A stretch of 64,000 nucleotides of DNA from an uncultured Acidobacteriota bacterium (GTDB taxonomy: Bacteria; Acidobacteriota; Vicinamibacteria; Fen-336), in contig CAWKAS010000003.1 of assembly GCA_963847655.1 (NCBI GenBank), positions 75,350 through 139,349 of the forward strand, in the 5' to 3' direction. The notes beneath the pieces are model-generated. The model ran no database searches, was not told the origin of the DNA, and saw nothing but the letters and a program-made list of their open reading frames with translations. The stretch's first letter is position 1; every line of letters starts with the position of its first letter. The translations under genes and the position numbers were made by a program. Shown piece by piece: positions 1 through 9,453 of this stretch.

Positions 1-1
1 G

Positions 2-280
2 GGCGTCCGCGACGGAAGCCGGCTGGTGCTGGTCGACGCCGACTCCTCCCGACTCCCGTGGGCCGACTCCCTCGCCGCGCTGCGGGGAGAGGGGCTGGAC
101 GGGACGGTCAAGGCAGTGGCCTTCTTCAGCCACGTCGACGTCGACCGGGCCCAGGCCGCCCGCGCCGCCGGGTGCGAGCCGGTGCTGCCTCGCAGCGCGT
201 TCCTGAAGGCGCTCCCGGGTCTGATCGCGGAGAGCGCCGCTCCCCCGCCGACCCCTCGAATGGAGGACAAGACACCGTGA
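2..280 (+). CDS. 3' end of a gene entering the window from upstream; function unknown
   Basis: The frame is open from the window edge to TGA 278-280, with G/C-dominated third codon positions. The stop overlaps the GTG of the next gene (GTGA at 277-280), which suggests an operon. I cannot name a motif with confidence. Confidence 0.4.
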   Translation, partial: GVRDGSRLVLVDADSSRLPWADSLAALRGEGLDGTVKAVAFFSHVDVDRAQAARAAGCEPVLPRSAFLKALPGLIAESAAPPPTPRMEDKTP

Positions 281-867
281 GCCCGACCGCCGGCCGGCCC
301 CTCGCCCTTCTCCTGACCCTGCTCGCCGCCGCCTGCAGCGGATCCTCGACACCGCCGCCTCCGCACTCTTCGCCGACGCCGGCGACGACGGAAGGGGGAA
401 TGCGACCGCTGACCTCCCGCCAGGGGGGTGACGCCACGGTTCCCCCCGCCGCCCCCGGGACCGGAGGGACGGCGCTGCCGCCCGGGCACCCGCCCCTCGA
501 GGGGATGCCCGGCACCCCGGGTTCGGTCGCCGCGGCCGGGGAGTCCGTCTCGGGCACGATCGCCCTGGCGGACGAGCTCGCCGCCCGCGCGGGCACCTCG
601 GACGTGCTCTACGTCATGGCGAAGAAGGACGGCGCCACCCTGGCGGTCCAGCGAGTCGAGTCGCCGAGCTTCCCCCTGCCCTTCCAGGTCTCGGAAGGAC
701 ACGCCATGGTGGCGGGAACGCAGATCGAGGGGCCGGTGGACATCGTGGCCCGCCTCTCCAGGACGGGCGACGCCATCCCCAGCCCCGGGGATCTCGAGGG
801 CACGACGAGCAGCGTCGCCGTTCCCTCCGAGGGCGTCACCGTCACCATCGACCACGTCCGCCAGTAG
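277..867 (+). CDS. Secreted lipoprotein; Pro/Thr-rich linker plus a C-terminal domain that weakly recalls the CcmI/CycH C-terminal domain
   Basis: GTG start in frame with track ORF 58..867. The N-terminus VSPTAGRPLALLLTLLAAAC-SGS has a lipobox. A low-complexity P/T/G linker is followed by a globular C-terminal part. The functional call rests on memory only. Confidence 0.6.
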   Translation: MSPTAGRPLALLLTLLAAACSGSSTPPPPHSSPTPATTEGGMRPLTSRQGGDATVPPAAPGTGGTALPPGHPPLEGMPGTPGSVAAAGESVSGTIALADELAARAGTSDVLYVMAKKDGATLAVQRVESPSFPLPFQVSEGHAMVAGTQIEGPVDIVARLSRTGDAIPSPGDLEGTTSSVAVPSEGVTVTIDHVRQ

Positions 868-902
868 GCGTCGTGGTCGGCCAACTCCGTCGGCCCGGTT
901 CC

Positions 903-1001
903 CGTGTGTGTGCGGCGGCGGTCGGCCACCCGGCTGCGGGCCCGTGAGCTTCGAAGTGCAGCAGGGTCCTCGCCGGGTCCCGGCCGCCGCCGCCTCGACG
1001 G
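903..1001. repeat. Solo, inverted copy of the core of the 145-bp repeat family arrayed at 10223-10703
   Basis: ggtcggccacccggctgcgggcccgtgagcttcgaagtgcagcagggtcctcgccgggtcccggccgccgccgcctcgacg is the reverse complement of a unit junction of the array. About 85 bp align with about 4 differences by eye. It lies in the intergenic gap between 867 and 1104. Confidence 0.75.
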
Positions 1002-1103
1002 GTCGCAGCCTTCTCCGCGGCCGCGGGCCGGTCTGTGATCCTGCTCTCGCATCCGTGCGGTGGTAGGCTCGTGCCGGGGGGCTGGTTCCTGCTGGAGGTG
1101 CTG

Positions 1104-3212
1104 ATGCGCGCGACGCGCACCGCTTGGCTGGCCGCGATCCCGCTGCTATTGACGGGATCGGCGGCGGTGACCGCACCGGAGCGGGCGACCGTGACTCCCC
1201 GCCAGCTGGCGGCGCAGGCGGAGAGGCTCGGAGGGAGCTTCGTCGAGAAGGACTCGCCCCTCTCGGGCCCGGCCCTCCGCCTTCCCTCCACTCCCCTGGG
1301 CACCGCCCTGACGCTGCCCGGGGGCCTGCCATGGACCAGCGTCCGCTTCCTCACCATGGAGGCCCTCGTCGAGGGGACCCACTCCGGGGAGCTGCTGGTG
1401 CGCTTCTTCGGGAAGGGCGAGATCGAGCCGCGTCTGACCGTCTCGCTCGGTCTGTTCCCCGGGCTGCGAACCCCGCTCGCCGTTCCCCTCTCCGTCCTCG
1501 ACGCCCAGGCCCTCTTCCTGCCCCGCACCCCGGGTCGCCTGAAGGGCCGGGTGCGGGGGAAGCGGATCGATCCCGCCGAGATCGAGCGCGTCGAGATCCA
1601 GCTGAAGGAGACCGCCGGTCCCCAGGCCCTCTTCCTCGGACCGATCGGGCTCGGCAACGAGGAGCCGCGGTTCCGACTGCCGGGCACGCCCCTCGTCGAC
1701 GAGCTGGGACAGTGGGTCGCGAAGGAGTGGGAGGGCAAGACCGAGGGCGACCCCTTCCTGGGGACCTACCTGACGTTCGCGCTGGACGAGCACGAGGGCG
1801 TGTCGTACCCGGATTCCTGGTGCCCGCGCGGGGGAACCACCGAGAAGACCTTCGACGCCACCGGGTTCTTCCGGACCGAGCAGGACGGCGAGCGCTGGTG
1901 GCTCGTGGATCCCGAGGGCCACGGCTTCTTCAGCCTCGGTCTCAACGCGGTGCGCCCGGGCGAGTCTGCAGCGATCGTCCCCGGCTCCGAGGCCCTCTTC
2001 GGGCGCCTCCCGTCCGAGCGAGGGCCCCTGGGGGAAGCCTGGGGGAGCCGGGGAGCCCCCCCGGTCGAGACCTACTCCTTCGGCCTCGCCAACCTCATCC
2101 GCTCCTTCGGGCCGGGGTGGCGGAAGGACTGGACGGCGATGACCCGCTCGCGTCTCGTGGCCTGGCGTTTCAACACCGTCGCCAACTGGTCGGATCCGCT
2201 CTTCGTGAAGGATGCGGAGCTGCCCTACGTCATCCCCATGCCGCCCTACCCCACGACCGGGACCCGCCTCTACCGCGACTTCCCCGACGTCTTCGCCGAG
2301 GAGTTCCGGGCCTCGGCCCGCGAGTACGCTCAGCACCTGGTCGCCTTTCGCGACGACCGCAACCTGATCGGCTACTTCATGCAGAACGAGCCGAGGTGGG
2401 CCTTCGAGGCGCGCAACGTGGCCGCGGAGATGCTCGAGGCGAACCCGGGGACCGAGACCCGCCGGGCGCTGGCTCACTGGCTCCGGCAACGCTACAAGGA
2501 CGACGAGGCCGACTGGTCGGTGGCCTGGGGCCTGGGGCTGCGGTCGTTCGACGACGTGGTCGACCGCACGGTGCGGGACGCCGCCGACCGCTCGGAGCTC
2601 GCACGCCGGGACCTCTGGGAGTTCTCCAAGGAGATGGTCCGGGCCTACGTCGGGATCCCCGGCCTCGCCTGCCACGACGTGGACCCCAACCACCTCAACC
2701 TCGGGATGCGCTACGCCCGGCTCTCGTCCGAGCTCCTGTACGAGGCCGTCGGCGTCTTCGACGTCTTCAGCATCAACGCGTACGAGATGGAGCCTCCGGC
2801 CGAGGTGATCTCGGAGATCGTGACGCGGACCCGTCGCCCGGTGATGATCGGCGAGTTTCACTTCGGGGCCCTCGATCGCGGGCTCCCCTCGACCGGGCTG
2901 CGCGGCGTGGAGTCGCAGAAGGAGCGGGGCATCGCCTACCGCCGTTACGTGGAGAGGGCGGCCGCGAACGCCGGGCTGATCGGGGTGCACTACTTCATCC
3001 TGAACGACCAGGAGCTCCTGGGCCGCTTCGACGGCGAGAACTACCAGATCGGCTTCGTCGACGTCTGCCACCGCCCCTACCGGGGGCTGACCGACTCGGC
3101 CACGCGTGCCCACGAGTCCGTCTACGCGGTGATGACCGGCGCCAAGGAACCCTACGCGGGCCGGGCCCGGGAGATCCCCCGGGTCGGCCGCCTCAGCCTT
3201 CCGGCGCCATGA
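1104..3212 (+). CDS. Secreted glycoside hydrolase, clan GH-A-like TIM barrel with an N-terminal beta-sandwich region; family not resolved
   Basis: Signal peptide MRATRTAWLAAIPLLLTGSAAV. FMQNEPRW (an NEP acid/base-type motif) and VMIGEFHFG (a nucleophile-type GEF motif) are typical of clan GH-A enzymes. The frame is 702 aa with strong GC3 bias. Confidence 0.7.
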   Translation: MRATRTAWLAAIPLLLTGSAAVTAPERATVTPRQLAAQAERLGGSFVEKDSPLSGPALRLPSTPLGTALTLPGGLPWTSVRFLTMEALVEGTHSGELLVRFFGKGEIEPRLTVSLGLFPGLRTPLAVPLSVLDAQALFLPRTPGRLKGRVRGKRIDPAEIERVEIQLKETAGPQALFLGPIGLGNEEPRFRLPGTPLVDELGQWVAKEWEGKTEGDPFLGTYLTFALDEHEGVSYPDSWCPRGGTTEKTFDATGFFRTEQDGERWWLVDPEGHGFFSLGLNAVRPGESAAIVPGSEALFGRLPSERGPLGEAWGSRGAPPVETYSFGLANLIRSFGPGWRKDWTAMTRSRLVAWRFNTVANWSDPLFVKDAELPYVIPMPPYPTTGTRLYRDFPDVFAEEFRASAREYAQHLVAFRDDRNLIGYFMQNEPRWAFEARNVAAEMLEANPGTETRRALAHWLRQRYKDDEADWSVAWGLGLRSFDDVVDRTVRDAADRSELARRDLWEFSKEMVRAYVGIPGLACHDVDPNHLNLGMRYARLSSELLYEAVGVFDVFSINAYEMEPPAEVISEIVTRTRRPVMIGEFHFGALDRGLPSTGLRGVESQKERGIAYRRYVERAAANAGLIGVHYFILNDQELLGRFDGENYQIGFVDVCHRPYRGLTDSATRAHESVYAVMTGAKEPYAGRAREIPRVGRLSLPAP

Positions 3213-3258
3213 GAAGAGGTCTCTTCGGTGGAGCAGGACCGCCTGGCGTGATTCACAC

Positions 3259-3945
3259 TCAAGCGTTCGCCAACCGGGTCAGGAACTCCCGGTCGCCGAT
3301 GTGGAAGCCCTCCGGGGCCGTGTGGACGACACCCTCCTTGCCCCAACGGCTCATGACCCGGATCGATGTCTCGAGGGTGGTGCCGGTGAGGTCGGCGAGG
3401 TCCTGTCGGCTGAGGGGAAGGGGGATGAAGGTGCCCTCTTCCTGGGGGCGACCCAGGTTCTCGCTGAGCTTGAGAAAGAGGAGAGCGAAGCGGGTCTCGA
3501 CCCGTCCTCCCGCGACCTCGGGGATGCGCTGGGTCAGCTCCACGATCCGCCGGGCCATCCCGGAGAGGAAGCCCCTCACCACGGAGGGGTGCTGCTCGAG
3601 CATGTCGAACAGCTCCGAGCGGGGCAGGAGGAGCGCCTCGACCGTCTCCTGGGCCACCGCGGTCGCGGGGTACGGACGGCCCTCGTAGGCCACGACCGCC
3701 CCCAGCGGGTCACCCGGGCCCATGATCTCCAGGATCACCTCCTTGCCGGAGGGCATCCTCTTGACGATCTTCACCCGCCCGCTGGCGATCGCGTGGAGGT
3801 AGGCGGGGGCGTCGCCTTCGGAGAAGACGACGTCGCCCTTCTCGTAGGTCCTCGAGACGGCAATCGACGCCAACCGCTGCAGGTCCACCTCCGACAGGCG
3901 GCGGAAGAACGGGCTGCTGTCGCGGACGTCGGCGGGGGTGACCAT
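3259..3945 (-). CDS. Crp/Fnr-family transcriptional regulator (cNMP-binding domain plus C-terminal HTH)
   Basis: The ATG giving MVTPADVRDSSPFFRRLSEVDL... is followed by a beta-roll region (GDVVFSEGD...GRVKI) and a C-terminal HTH (SRQDLADLTGTTLETSIRVMSRW). The upstream part of track ORF 3259..4161 is R/P-rich and non-coding-like. Confidence 0.85.
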   Translation of the reverse strand: MVTPADVRDSSPFFRRLSEVDLQRLASIAVSRTYEKGDVVFSEGDAPAYLHAIASGRVKIVKRMPSGKEVILEIMGPGDPLGAVVAYEGRPYPATAVAQETVEALLLPRSELFDMLEQHPSVVRGFLSGMARRIVELTQRIPEVAGGRVETRFALLFLKLSENLGRPQEEGTFIPLPLSRQDLADLTGTTLETSIRVMSRWGKEGVVHTAPEGFHIGDREFLTRLANA

Positions 3946-3992
3946 GCGGGCTGCATCAGGCCGCCCGGGAGCAACCGGGCGCTCGAACGGGC

Positions 3993-4946
3993 TCAGGCCT
4001 CCGGGAAATCGTAGAGCGCGGTGGAAAGGTACCGCTCGCCGTGGCTTGCGAGAACGGCCACGATGAGCTTGCCGGCGTTCTCGGGACGGGCGGCGATCTG
4101 CAGCGCCGCGAACGCAACGGCGCCGCTCGAGATCCCCACCATCATGCCGTCCTCGCGGCACAGGCGACGGGCGGTCTGCATCGCCTGGTCGTTGGTGGTC
4201 TGGATGACCTCGTCGACGATCTCGACGTTGAGGTTCTCCGGGATGAAGCCGGCCCCGATCCCCTGGATCTTGTGGGGACCCGGCTTCAGCTCCTCTCCCG
4301 CCTTCGTCTGCGAGATGACCGGCGAGTCGGCGGGCTCGACGGCCACCACCTTCAGCGAGGGCTTTCGCTCCTTGAGCGCCTCTCCGGTGCCGGTGATCGT
4401 CCCCCCGGTCCCCACGCCGGCCACCAGGATGTCGATCGCCCCGTCGGTGTCCTCCCAGATCTCGACCGCGGTCGTCCGGCGATGGACCGCCGGGTTGGCG
4501 GGATTCGCGAACTGCCCGATGATGACCGAGTTCGGTGTCTCACGCTGGATCTCCTCGGCTCGGGCGATCGCCCCCTTCATCCCCTTCGCGCCCTCGGTGA
4601 GCTCCAGGCAGGCCCCCAGGGCGGCCAGTATCTTCCGTCGCTCCAAGGACATCGTGTCGGGCATGGTGAGGACCAGGGGGATGCGTCTGGCCGCGCAGAC
4701 GAAGGCGAGGCCGACGCCGGTGTTGCCCGAGGTGGGCTCGATCACCGTCGTGCCCTCCTTGATCACGCCCTTCTCGAGGGCGTCGTCGATCATCGACAGC
4801 CCGATGCGGTCCTTGACGCTCGACATCGGGTTGAACGACTCGAGCTTGAAGGCCACGTCCGCCCCCAGCCCGGCCGTGCAGCGCGGCGCGCGCACCAGCG
4901 GAGTGTGGCCGATCGTGTCCACGATCGAATCGAAGATCCGCGCCAT
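3993..4946 (-). CDS. cysK: Cysteine synthase A (O-acetylserine sulfhydrylase)
   Basis: [19 protein letters not shown] (the PLP lysine motif), [10 protein letters not shown] and [10 protein letters not shown] are the classical CysK/CysM signatures. Length is 317 aa. Confidence 0.93.
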   Translation of the reverse strand: MARIFDSIVDTIGHTPLVRAPRCTAGLGADVAFKLESFNPMSSVKDRIGLSMIDDALEKGVIKEGTTVIEPTSGNTGVGLAFVCAARRIPLVLTMPDTMSLERRKILAALGACLELTEGAKGMKGAIARAEEIQRETPNSVIIGQFANPANPAVHRRTTAVEIWEDTDGAIDILVAGVGTGGTITGTGEALKERKPSLKVVAVEPADSPVISQTKAGEELKPGPHKIQGIGAGFIPENLNVEIVDEVIQTTNDQAMQTARRLCREDGMMVGISSGAVAFAALQIAARPENAGKLIVAVLASHGERYLSTALYDFPEA

Positions 4947-4965
4947 ACGTCCCCCCTGTCCCCGG

Positions 4966-5874
4966 TCAGCGCGAAGCGCGGCGACGCTTCCGCTCGATCC
5001 TCTGCTCCTGCGGCGTGGAGATCACCCGGCTGCGGGGGGGAACCGAGTGGATGACCCAGGTGTTCCCGCCCACCACCGAGCTCTTTCCTATTACGGTATC
5101 ACCTCCCAGGATGGTGGCACCCGCGTAGATGACCACGTCGTCGTCGATGGTCGGGTGACGCTTCTTCCCCCGGATCACGTTCCCTCGCTCGTCCTTGGGG
5201 ATGGAGAGGGCCCCGAGCGTCACCCCCTGGTAGATCTTCACGTTGCGGCCGATGGTCGTGGTCTCCCCGATCACCACGCCGGTGCCGTGGTCGATGAAGA
5301 AGCTCTTCCCGATCCTCGCTCCGGGGTGGATGTCGATTCCTGTCTCCCGGTGGGCGTGCTCGGTCATGATGCGAGCCAGGAGCGGCACCCCGAGCCGGTG
5401 CAGCTCGTGGGCCAGCCGGTAGACGGTCACCGCCCGCAGCCCGGGGTAGGCCAGCATGATCTCCTCGAAGCTCTGGGCGGCGGGATCCCCCTCGTAGGCC
5501 GCCCGGATGTCCAGTGTCAGTAGGCGACGTACGCCGGCCAGGGCGGCGAGGAACCGGTCGACCGCGCTGCGCGCGCGGCGAGCGCAGCGAGGGCAGCCCT
5601 CGCCCTCGCGTGGGCACGTCCAGTGGAAGGCCACCTGGGCCTGCACCACGAGCTCGGCGGCGATGTCGTCGAGGAGAGCGGCGATGTGGAGGTCCACGTT
5701 GTCGCGGGTGAGGTGCGGGTTCCCGTGGATCCCGGGGTAGAGGACCTCGATCAGCTTCTCCAGGACCCCGATCGTCCTCTCCGGCGAGGGGAGACGGCCG
5801 GTGACGTCGAGGTTGTGCGCCGCCGGGACCTCGGACTCGTAGGTTCGAACGAGCGCCGCCGCGCTCCGGGTCAC
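4966..5874 (-). CDS. cysE: Serine O-acetyltransferase (long form)
   Basis: The hexapeptide-repeat C-terminus reads [43 protein letters not shown]. The gene sits 19 nt upstream of cysK on the same strand. The start is uncertain: GTG at 5874 is chosen because the upstream part of the 4966..6039 ORF is an R/P/G-rich tail. The ATG at 6039 is the maximal alternative. Confidence 0.85.
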   Translation of the reverse strand: MTRSAAALVRTYESEVPAAHNLDVTGRLPSPERTIGVLEKLIEVLYPGIHGNPHLTRDNVDLHIAALLDDIAAELVVQAQVAFHWTCPREGEGCPRCARRARSAVDRFLAALAGVRRLLTLDIRAAYEGDPAAQSFEEIMLAYPGLRAVTVYRLAHELHRLGVPLLARIMTEHAHRETGIDIHPGARIGKSFFIDHGTGVVIGETTTIGRNVKIYQGVTLGALSIPKDERGNVIRGKKRHPTIDDDVVIYAGATILGGDTVIGKSSVVGGNTWVIHSVPPRSRVISTPQEQRIERKRRRASR

Positions 5875-6106
5875 GACGCCGCGGGAGACCCCGGGCCCCG
5901 GGGCCTGCCCGCTGCTCCGGCGGCGGGACGGCGGCCGGGACTTCGCGCCTCCGGCGCTCACCGGGGAACCCCTGCGGCCGACTGGTCTTCGCCGGCTCGA
6001 AGGGCCGGGTCGCCCGTCGCCCGTGTGACCGGTGCGCACGTGTGGGTCATCGGCTGCCTCCTCCCCGGCGCGGGCGCCCCCGTCGTCGGTCAGATCGCCG
6101 GGCGCC

Positions 6107-7867
6107 TCACCCCGTGAAGTAGAGGTAGGCAGCCAGGATCGCGGCCAGGACCAGGGCCGAAGCGATGACGTCCCACTTGTTCCACGACGCGCGGGAGGCG
6201 GCCTGGTCCTCGAGGGTGACGGTCCCGTAGGTGAGACCGCTGATCCGGGCGTAGTCCGGCACCTCGGACATGTGGCTGACGACGTACATGACCGCCGCGC
6301 ACACGAGCAGGATCAGGATCGAGTAGTACTGGAAGAACGTGTTGCTGACGATCCAGAAGAGCGACCCCTCCGCGTACGCGAAGCCGTCCACGAGCTTGAC
6401 GGGCGTGTCCACCGCGAGCCGGAAGAGCCCGAGGGCGAAGCCCACGATCAGGGCCCAGAGAGCCCCCTTCGCGTTCATCCGCTTCACGAAGACGCCCAGG
6501 AAGAAGACCACGAAGATCGGCGGAGCCAGGTAGGCCTGGACACCCTGCAGGTAGTCGTAGAGGCCCTTGCCGCCCTGGATGACGGGGATCCAGGCCAGCC
6601 CGATGAGCACCATCACGCCCGTGGCCACGCGGCCGATCCAGACGAGCTGCTTCTGCGTGGCCTCGGGCCTGAACCTCGAGTAGAAGTCCATCGTGAACAG
6701 CGCCGAGGACACGTTGAAGGCCCCGGCCAGGGAGCTCATGAGGGCGGCGAGCAGGCCCGCGACGACGACCCCGCGCACGCCCACCGGCAGCACCTGGGCC
6801 ACGAGCATCGGGAAGGCCTGCTGGGCATTGTCGCGGATGAGATCGCCGTTGGAGTCGAAGAATGTCTGCTGCAGCATGAGGTTCTGCCCGCTCTTTGCCA
6901 GGGCGAAAGCGATCATGCCGGGGATGATGAAGATGAAGACCGGAAGGAGCTTGAGCATCGCCGCCGCGATCGAGCCGCGGCGGGCGTCCTGCTCGTCCCC
7001 CGCGGAGATGACGCGCTGGACGATGTACTGGTCGGTGCACCAGTACCACAGCCCGATGACCGGGGCGCAGAAGAGCATCCCGATCCACGGGTAGTTGTCG
7101 TTGAAGTACCAGGCCATGCGGCCCGCTTCCTTCACCGGTGCCCAGGTCGCGCTCATCCCGTGGGGGACGATGGGGCGCCACAGGTTGAACATCTCGGTGC
7201 CCGCCACCTCCCGGAGGACGTCCCAGCCCCCGAGGGCCTCGAGACCGTAGTAGGTCACGAGGGCGGAGCCGATGACCAGGATCAGGGTCTGGAGGGCCGA
7301 GGTGTAGGCCACCGCGCGCATCCCGCCGAGGACGGTGTAGATCCCGGTCAAGACGATGACGAGGATGGACCCGATCCAGAAGCTGTCGAGGCCCAGGAAG
7401 GCGACGTCGGGAATCAGGACGGCGAAGACGATGCCGCCGGCGAAGATGCCCACCGCCAGCTTCGTGAGGATGTAGGCCACGAGCGAGATCGCGGACAGGA
7501 CGGTGCGGTTCACGGGAGAGAACCGGCGCTCCAGGAACTCGGGCATGGTGAAGACCTTGGAGCGCATGTAGAAGGGCACCATGATCCAGCCGAGCACGAG
7601 GAGGCACCAGGCGTGCAGCTCGTAGTGCGCCATGGCCACGCCGTCGGTCGCCCCGGAGCCGGCCAGGCCCACCAGGTGCTCGGAACCGATGTTGGATGAG
7701 AAGACCGAGGCCCCGATGACCCACCAGCCGAGGTTCCGGCCGGCGAGGAAGTACTCGGTGGAGGTCTGGGACTGCTTCTCCTTGAGATATGCCCAGTAGG
7801 CGATCCCGAAGACCAGGGCGAAGTACCCCAGGATGATGACCCAGTCGAGCGGGTGCAGTGCCGTCAT
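6107..7867 (-). CDS. Sodium:solute symporter (SSF/SGLT-like sugar transporter)
   Basis: MTALHPLDWVIILGYFALVFGIAYW...EYFLAGRNLGWWVIGASVFSSNIGSEHLVGLAGSG is the typical SSF N-terminus. About 14 hydrophobic segments. The ATG is at 7867. Confidence 0.9.
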   Translation of the reverse strand: MTALHPLDWVIILGYFALVFGIAYWAYLKEKQSQTSTEYFLAGRNLGWWVIGASVFSSNIGSEHLVGLAGSGATDGVAMAHYELHAWCLLVLGWIMVPFYMRSKVFTMPEFLERRFSPVNRTVLSAISLVAYILTKLAVGIFAGGIVFAVLIPDVAFLGLDSFWIGSILVIVLTGIYTVLGGMRAVAYTSALQTLILVIGSALVTYYGLEALGGWDVLREVAGTEMFNLWRPIVPHGMSATWAPVKEAGRMAWYFNDNYPWIGMLFCAPVIGLWYWCTDQYIVQRVISAGDEQDARRGSIAAAMLKLLPVFIFIIPGMIAFALAKSGQNLMLQQTFFDSNGDLIRDNAQQAFPMLVAQVLPVGVRGVVVAGLLAALMSSLAGAFNVSSALFTMDFYSRFRPEATQKQLVWIGRVATGVMVLIGLAWIPVIQGGKGLYDYLQGVQAYLAPPIFVVFFLGVFVKRMNAKGALWALIVGFALGLFRLAVDTPVKLVDGFAYAEGSLFWIVSNTFFQYYSILILLVCAAVMYVVSHMSEVPDYARISGLTYGTVTLEDQAASRASWNKWDVIASALVLAAILAAYLYFTG

Positions 7868-8045
7868 GTTCTCTCCTCTCCGGCTCCCGAGAGGGCCGGG
7901 CTCAAGAGCGGCACCGGAAGGCCCCCAGCAGCCCTCGCAGGCCCACGGCAGCCTCCACGCCGCTGGGCCGGAACAGTATTCCCGGGCAGCGGAGGCTGTC
8001 AACCAATCGCCGGATCAGTTCGAACCCACCGATCCGTCCACTCCC

Positions 8046-9278
8046 TCAGGCCGAGGTCTCTGCTGGCGCGTCCGGGCTCCGGAAGAAGAAGGCGAAGAGC
8101 AGGATCACCACGAAGGACATAGCCGCCGGCCACAGCCAGATCGCCGTCCAGTCGTGGACCACGACGCCCCCGACCTCCCTGGCGTACATGTCCACGATCG
8201 GTCCCGAGATCCAGTTTCCGATCAGCATCCCCACCCCGTAGGTGATCAGGGTGATGAATCCCTGGGCGCTCGCCTGGATCTCCTTCGGCGCGGCGTTGTC
8301 CACGTAGATCTGGCCGGTCACGAAGAAGAAGTCGTAGCAGACGCCGTGAAGGATGATGGCCAGGTAGTACATGAGGACGAGCTCCTGGGCGTTGCCGAAC
8401 GCGAAGAGCAGGTAGCGCCCGGCCCAGGCCAGCATTCCCACCAGGAGCATCCGCTTCACCCCGAGGCGGACGAAGAAGAAGGGCATCACCAGCATGAAGA
8501 AGAACTCGGACATCTGCCCCATCGTCATCTTGCCGGCGGCGTTCACCACCCCCACCTCGTTCAGGAAGGCGTTGGTGAAGCTGTAGTAGAAGGCCAGGGG
8601 AATGCAGATGAGGAGCGAGCCGAGGACGAACACCGCGAACGAGCGGTCCTTCATCAGCCTGAGGGCGTCGAGGCCCAGGACGTCCTGCACCGTCACCTTC
8701 CGCCCCAGCGACTTGGGGGGCGTGTGGGGCAGGAAGAAGGCGAAGATCCCGAGGAGGGCGGAGCAGGCGGCGGCGATGCGCAGAGGGGCGGCCTGGTCCT
8801 CGATGGCCAGCAGACCGATCATCCACCCGGCCACGATCCACCCGACGGTCCCGTAGACCCGCACCGCGGGGAACTGCTTCTCCGGGCTGGCCATCTGGTT
8901 GAAGGAGATGGCGTTCACCAGAGCCAGGGTGGGGTTGTAGCAGAGGGCGTAGGCCAGCAGGACCCAGAAGAAGGTCCTCGGCTCGGTGATCGTCGAGACC
9001 CAGTACAGGAGGCCGGCCCCGGCCAGGTGCACGGCACCCAGGACCTTCTCCGCCGCGAAGAAGCGGTCAGCGATCATGCCCACGAGGAAGGGTGCGGCGA
9101 TGGCCCCCCAGGGCATGGTGCTGTAAGCCCGGGCGGTCTGGGTCCCGGAAAACTCCAGGCCCTGGAGCAGGTAGGTCCCCATGGTGACCCACCAGGCGCC
9201 CCAGATGAAGAACTGCAGGAACATCATCGTGGAAAGGCGGGCACGCACGGATCCGGACAGGGCAGTCTCGGCACACAT
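8046..9278 (-). CDS. MFS transporter of the nucleoside:H+ symporter (NupG/XapB-like) family
   Basis: The N-terminus ...MMFLQFFIWGAWWVTMGTYL resembles the NupG-type signature, and there are 12 predicted TM segments. An alternative start lies 17 codons downstream at about 9227. Confidence 0.8.
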   Translation of the reverse strand: MCAETALSGSVRARLSTMMFLQFFIWGAWWVTMGTYLLQGLEFSGTQTARAYSTMPWGAIAAPFLVGMIADRFFAAEKVLGAVHLAGAGLLYWVSTITEPRTFFWVLLAYALCYNPTLALVNAISFNQMASPEKQFPAVRVYGTVGWIVAGWMIGLLAIEDQAAPLRIAAACSALLGIFAFFLPHTPPKSLGRKVTVQDVLGLDALRLMKDRSFAVFVLGSLLICIPLAFYYSFTNAFLNEVGVVNAAGKMTMGQMSEFFFMLVMPFFFVRLGVKRMLLVGMLAWAGRYLLFAFGNAQELVLMYYLAIILHGVCYDFFFVTGQIYVDNAAPKEIQASAQGFITLITYGVGMLIGNWISGPIVDMYAREVGGVVVHDWTAIWLWPAAMSFVVILLFAFFFRSPDAPAETSA

Positions 9279-9410
9279 GGCAGGCCGTCTCCTTTCACCG
9301 CTCCCGGGGCCGCGACGCGGGCCACCGGACGGTTGGGAACGGGCCAGAACCTACCACACCGCGCGTGGGCGATGGACCGGGCCACCGCGCACCCGGGGGG
9401 TCGCGCATCG

Positions 9411-9430
9411 GCATACTTCCTGGAGTATGC
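9411..9430. promoter_or_regulatory. Candidate operator: 7-bp perfect inverted repeat GCATACT-N6-AGTATGC
   Basis: gcatacttcctggagtatgc lies in the divergent intergenic region, 24 nt upstream of the DUF1080 ATG at 9454. It is unusually A/T-rich for this genome. Confidence 0.3.
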
Positions 9431-9453
9431 TCGGCGCGACAAGGAGGCACTTC

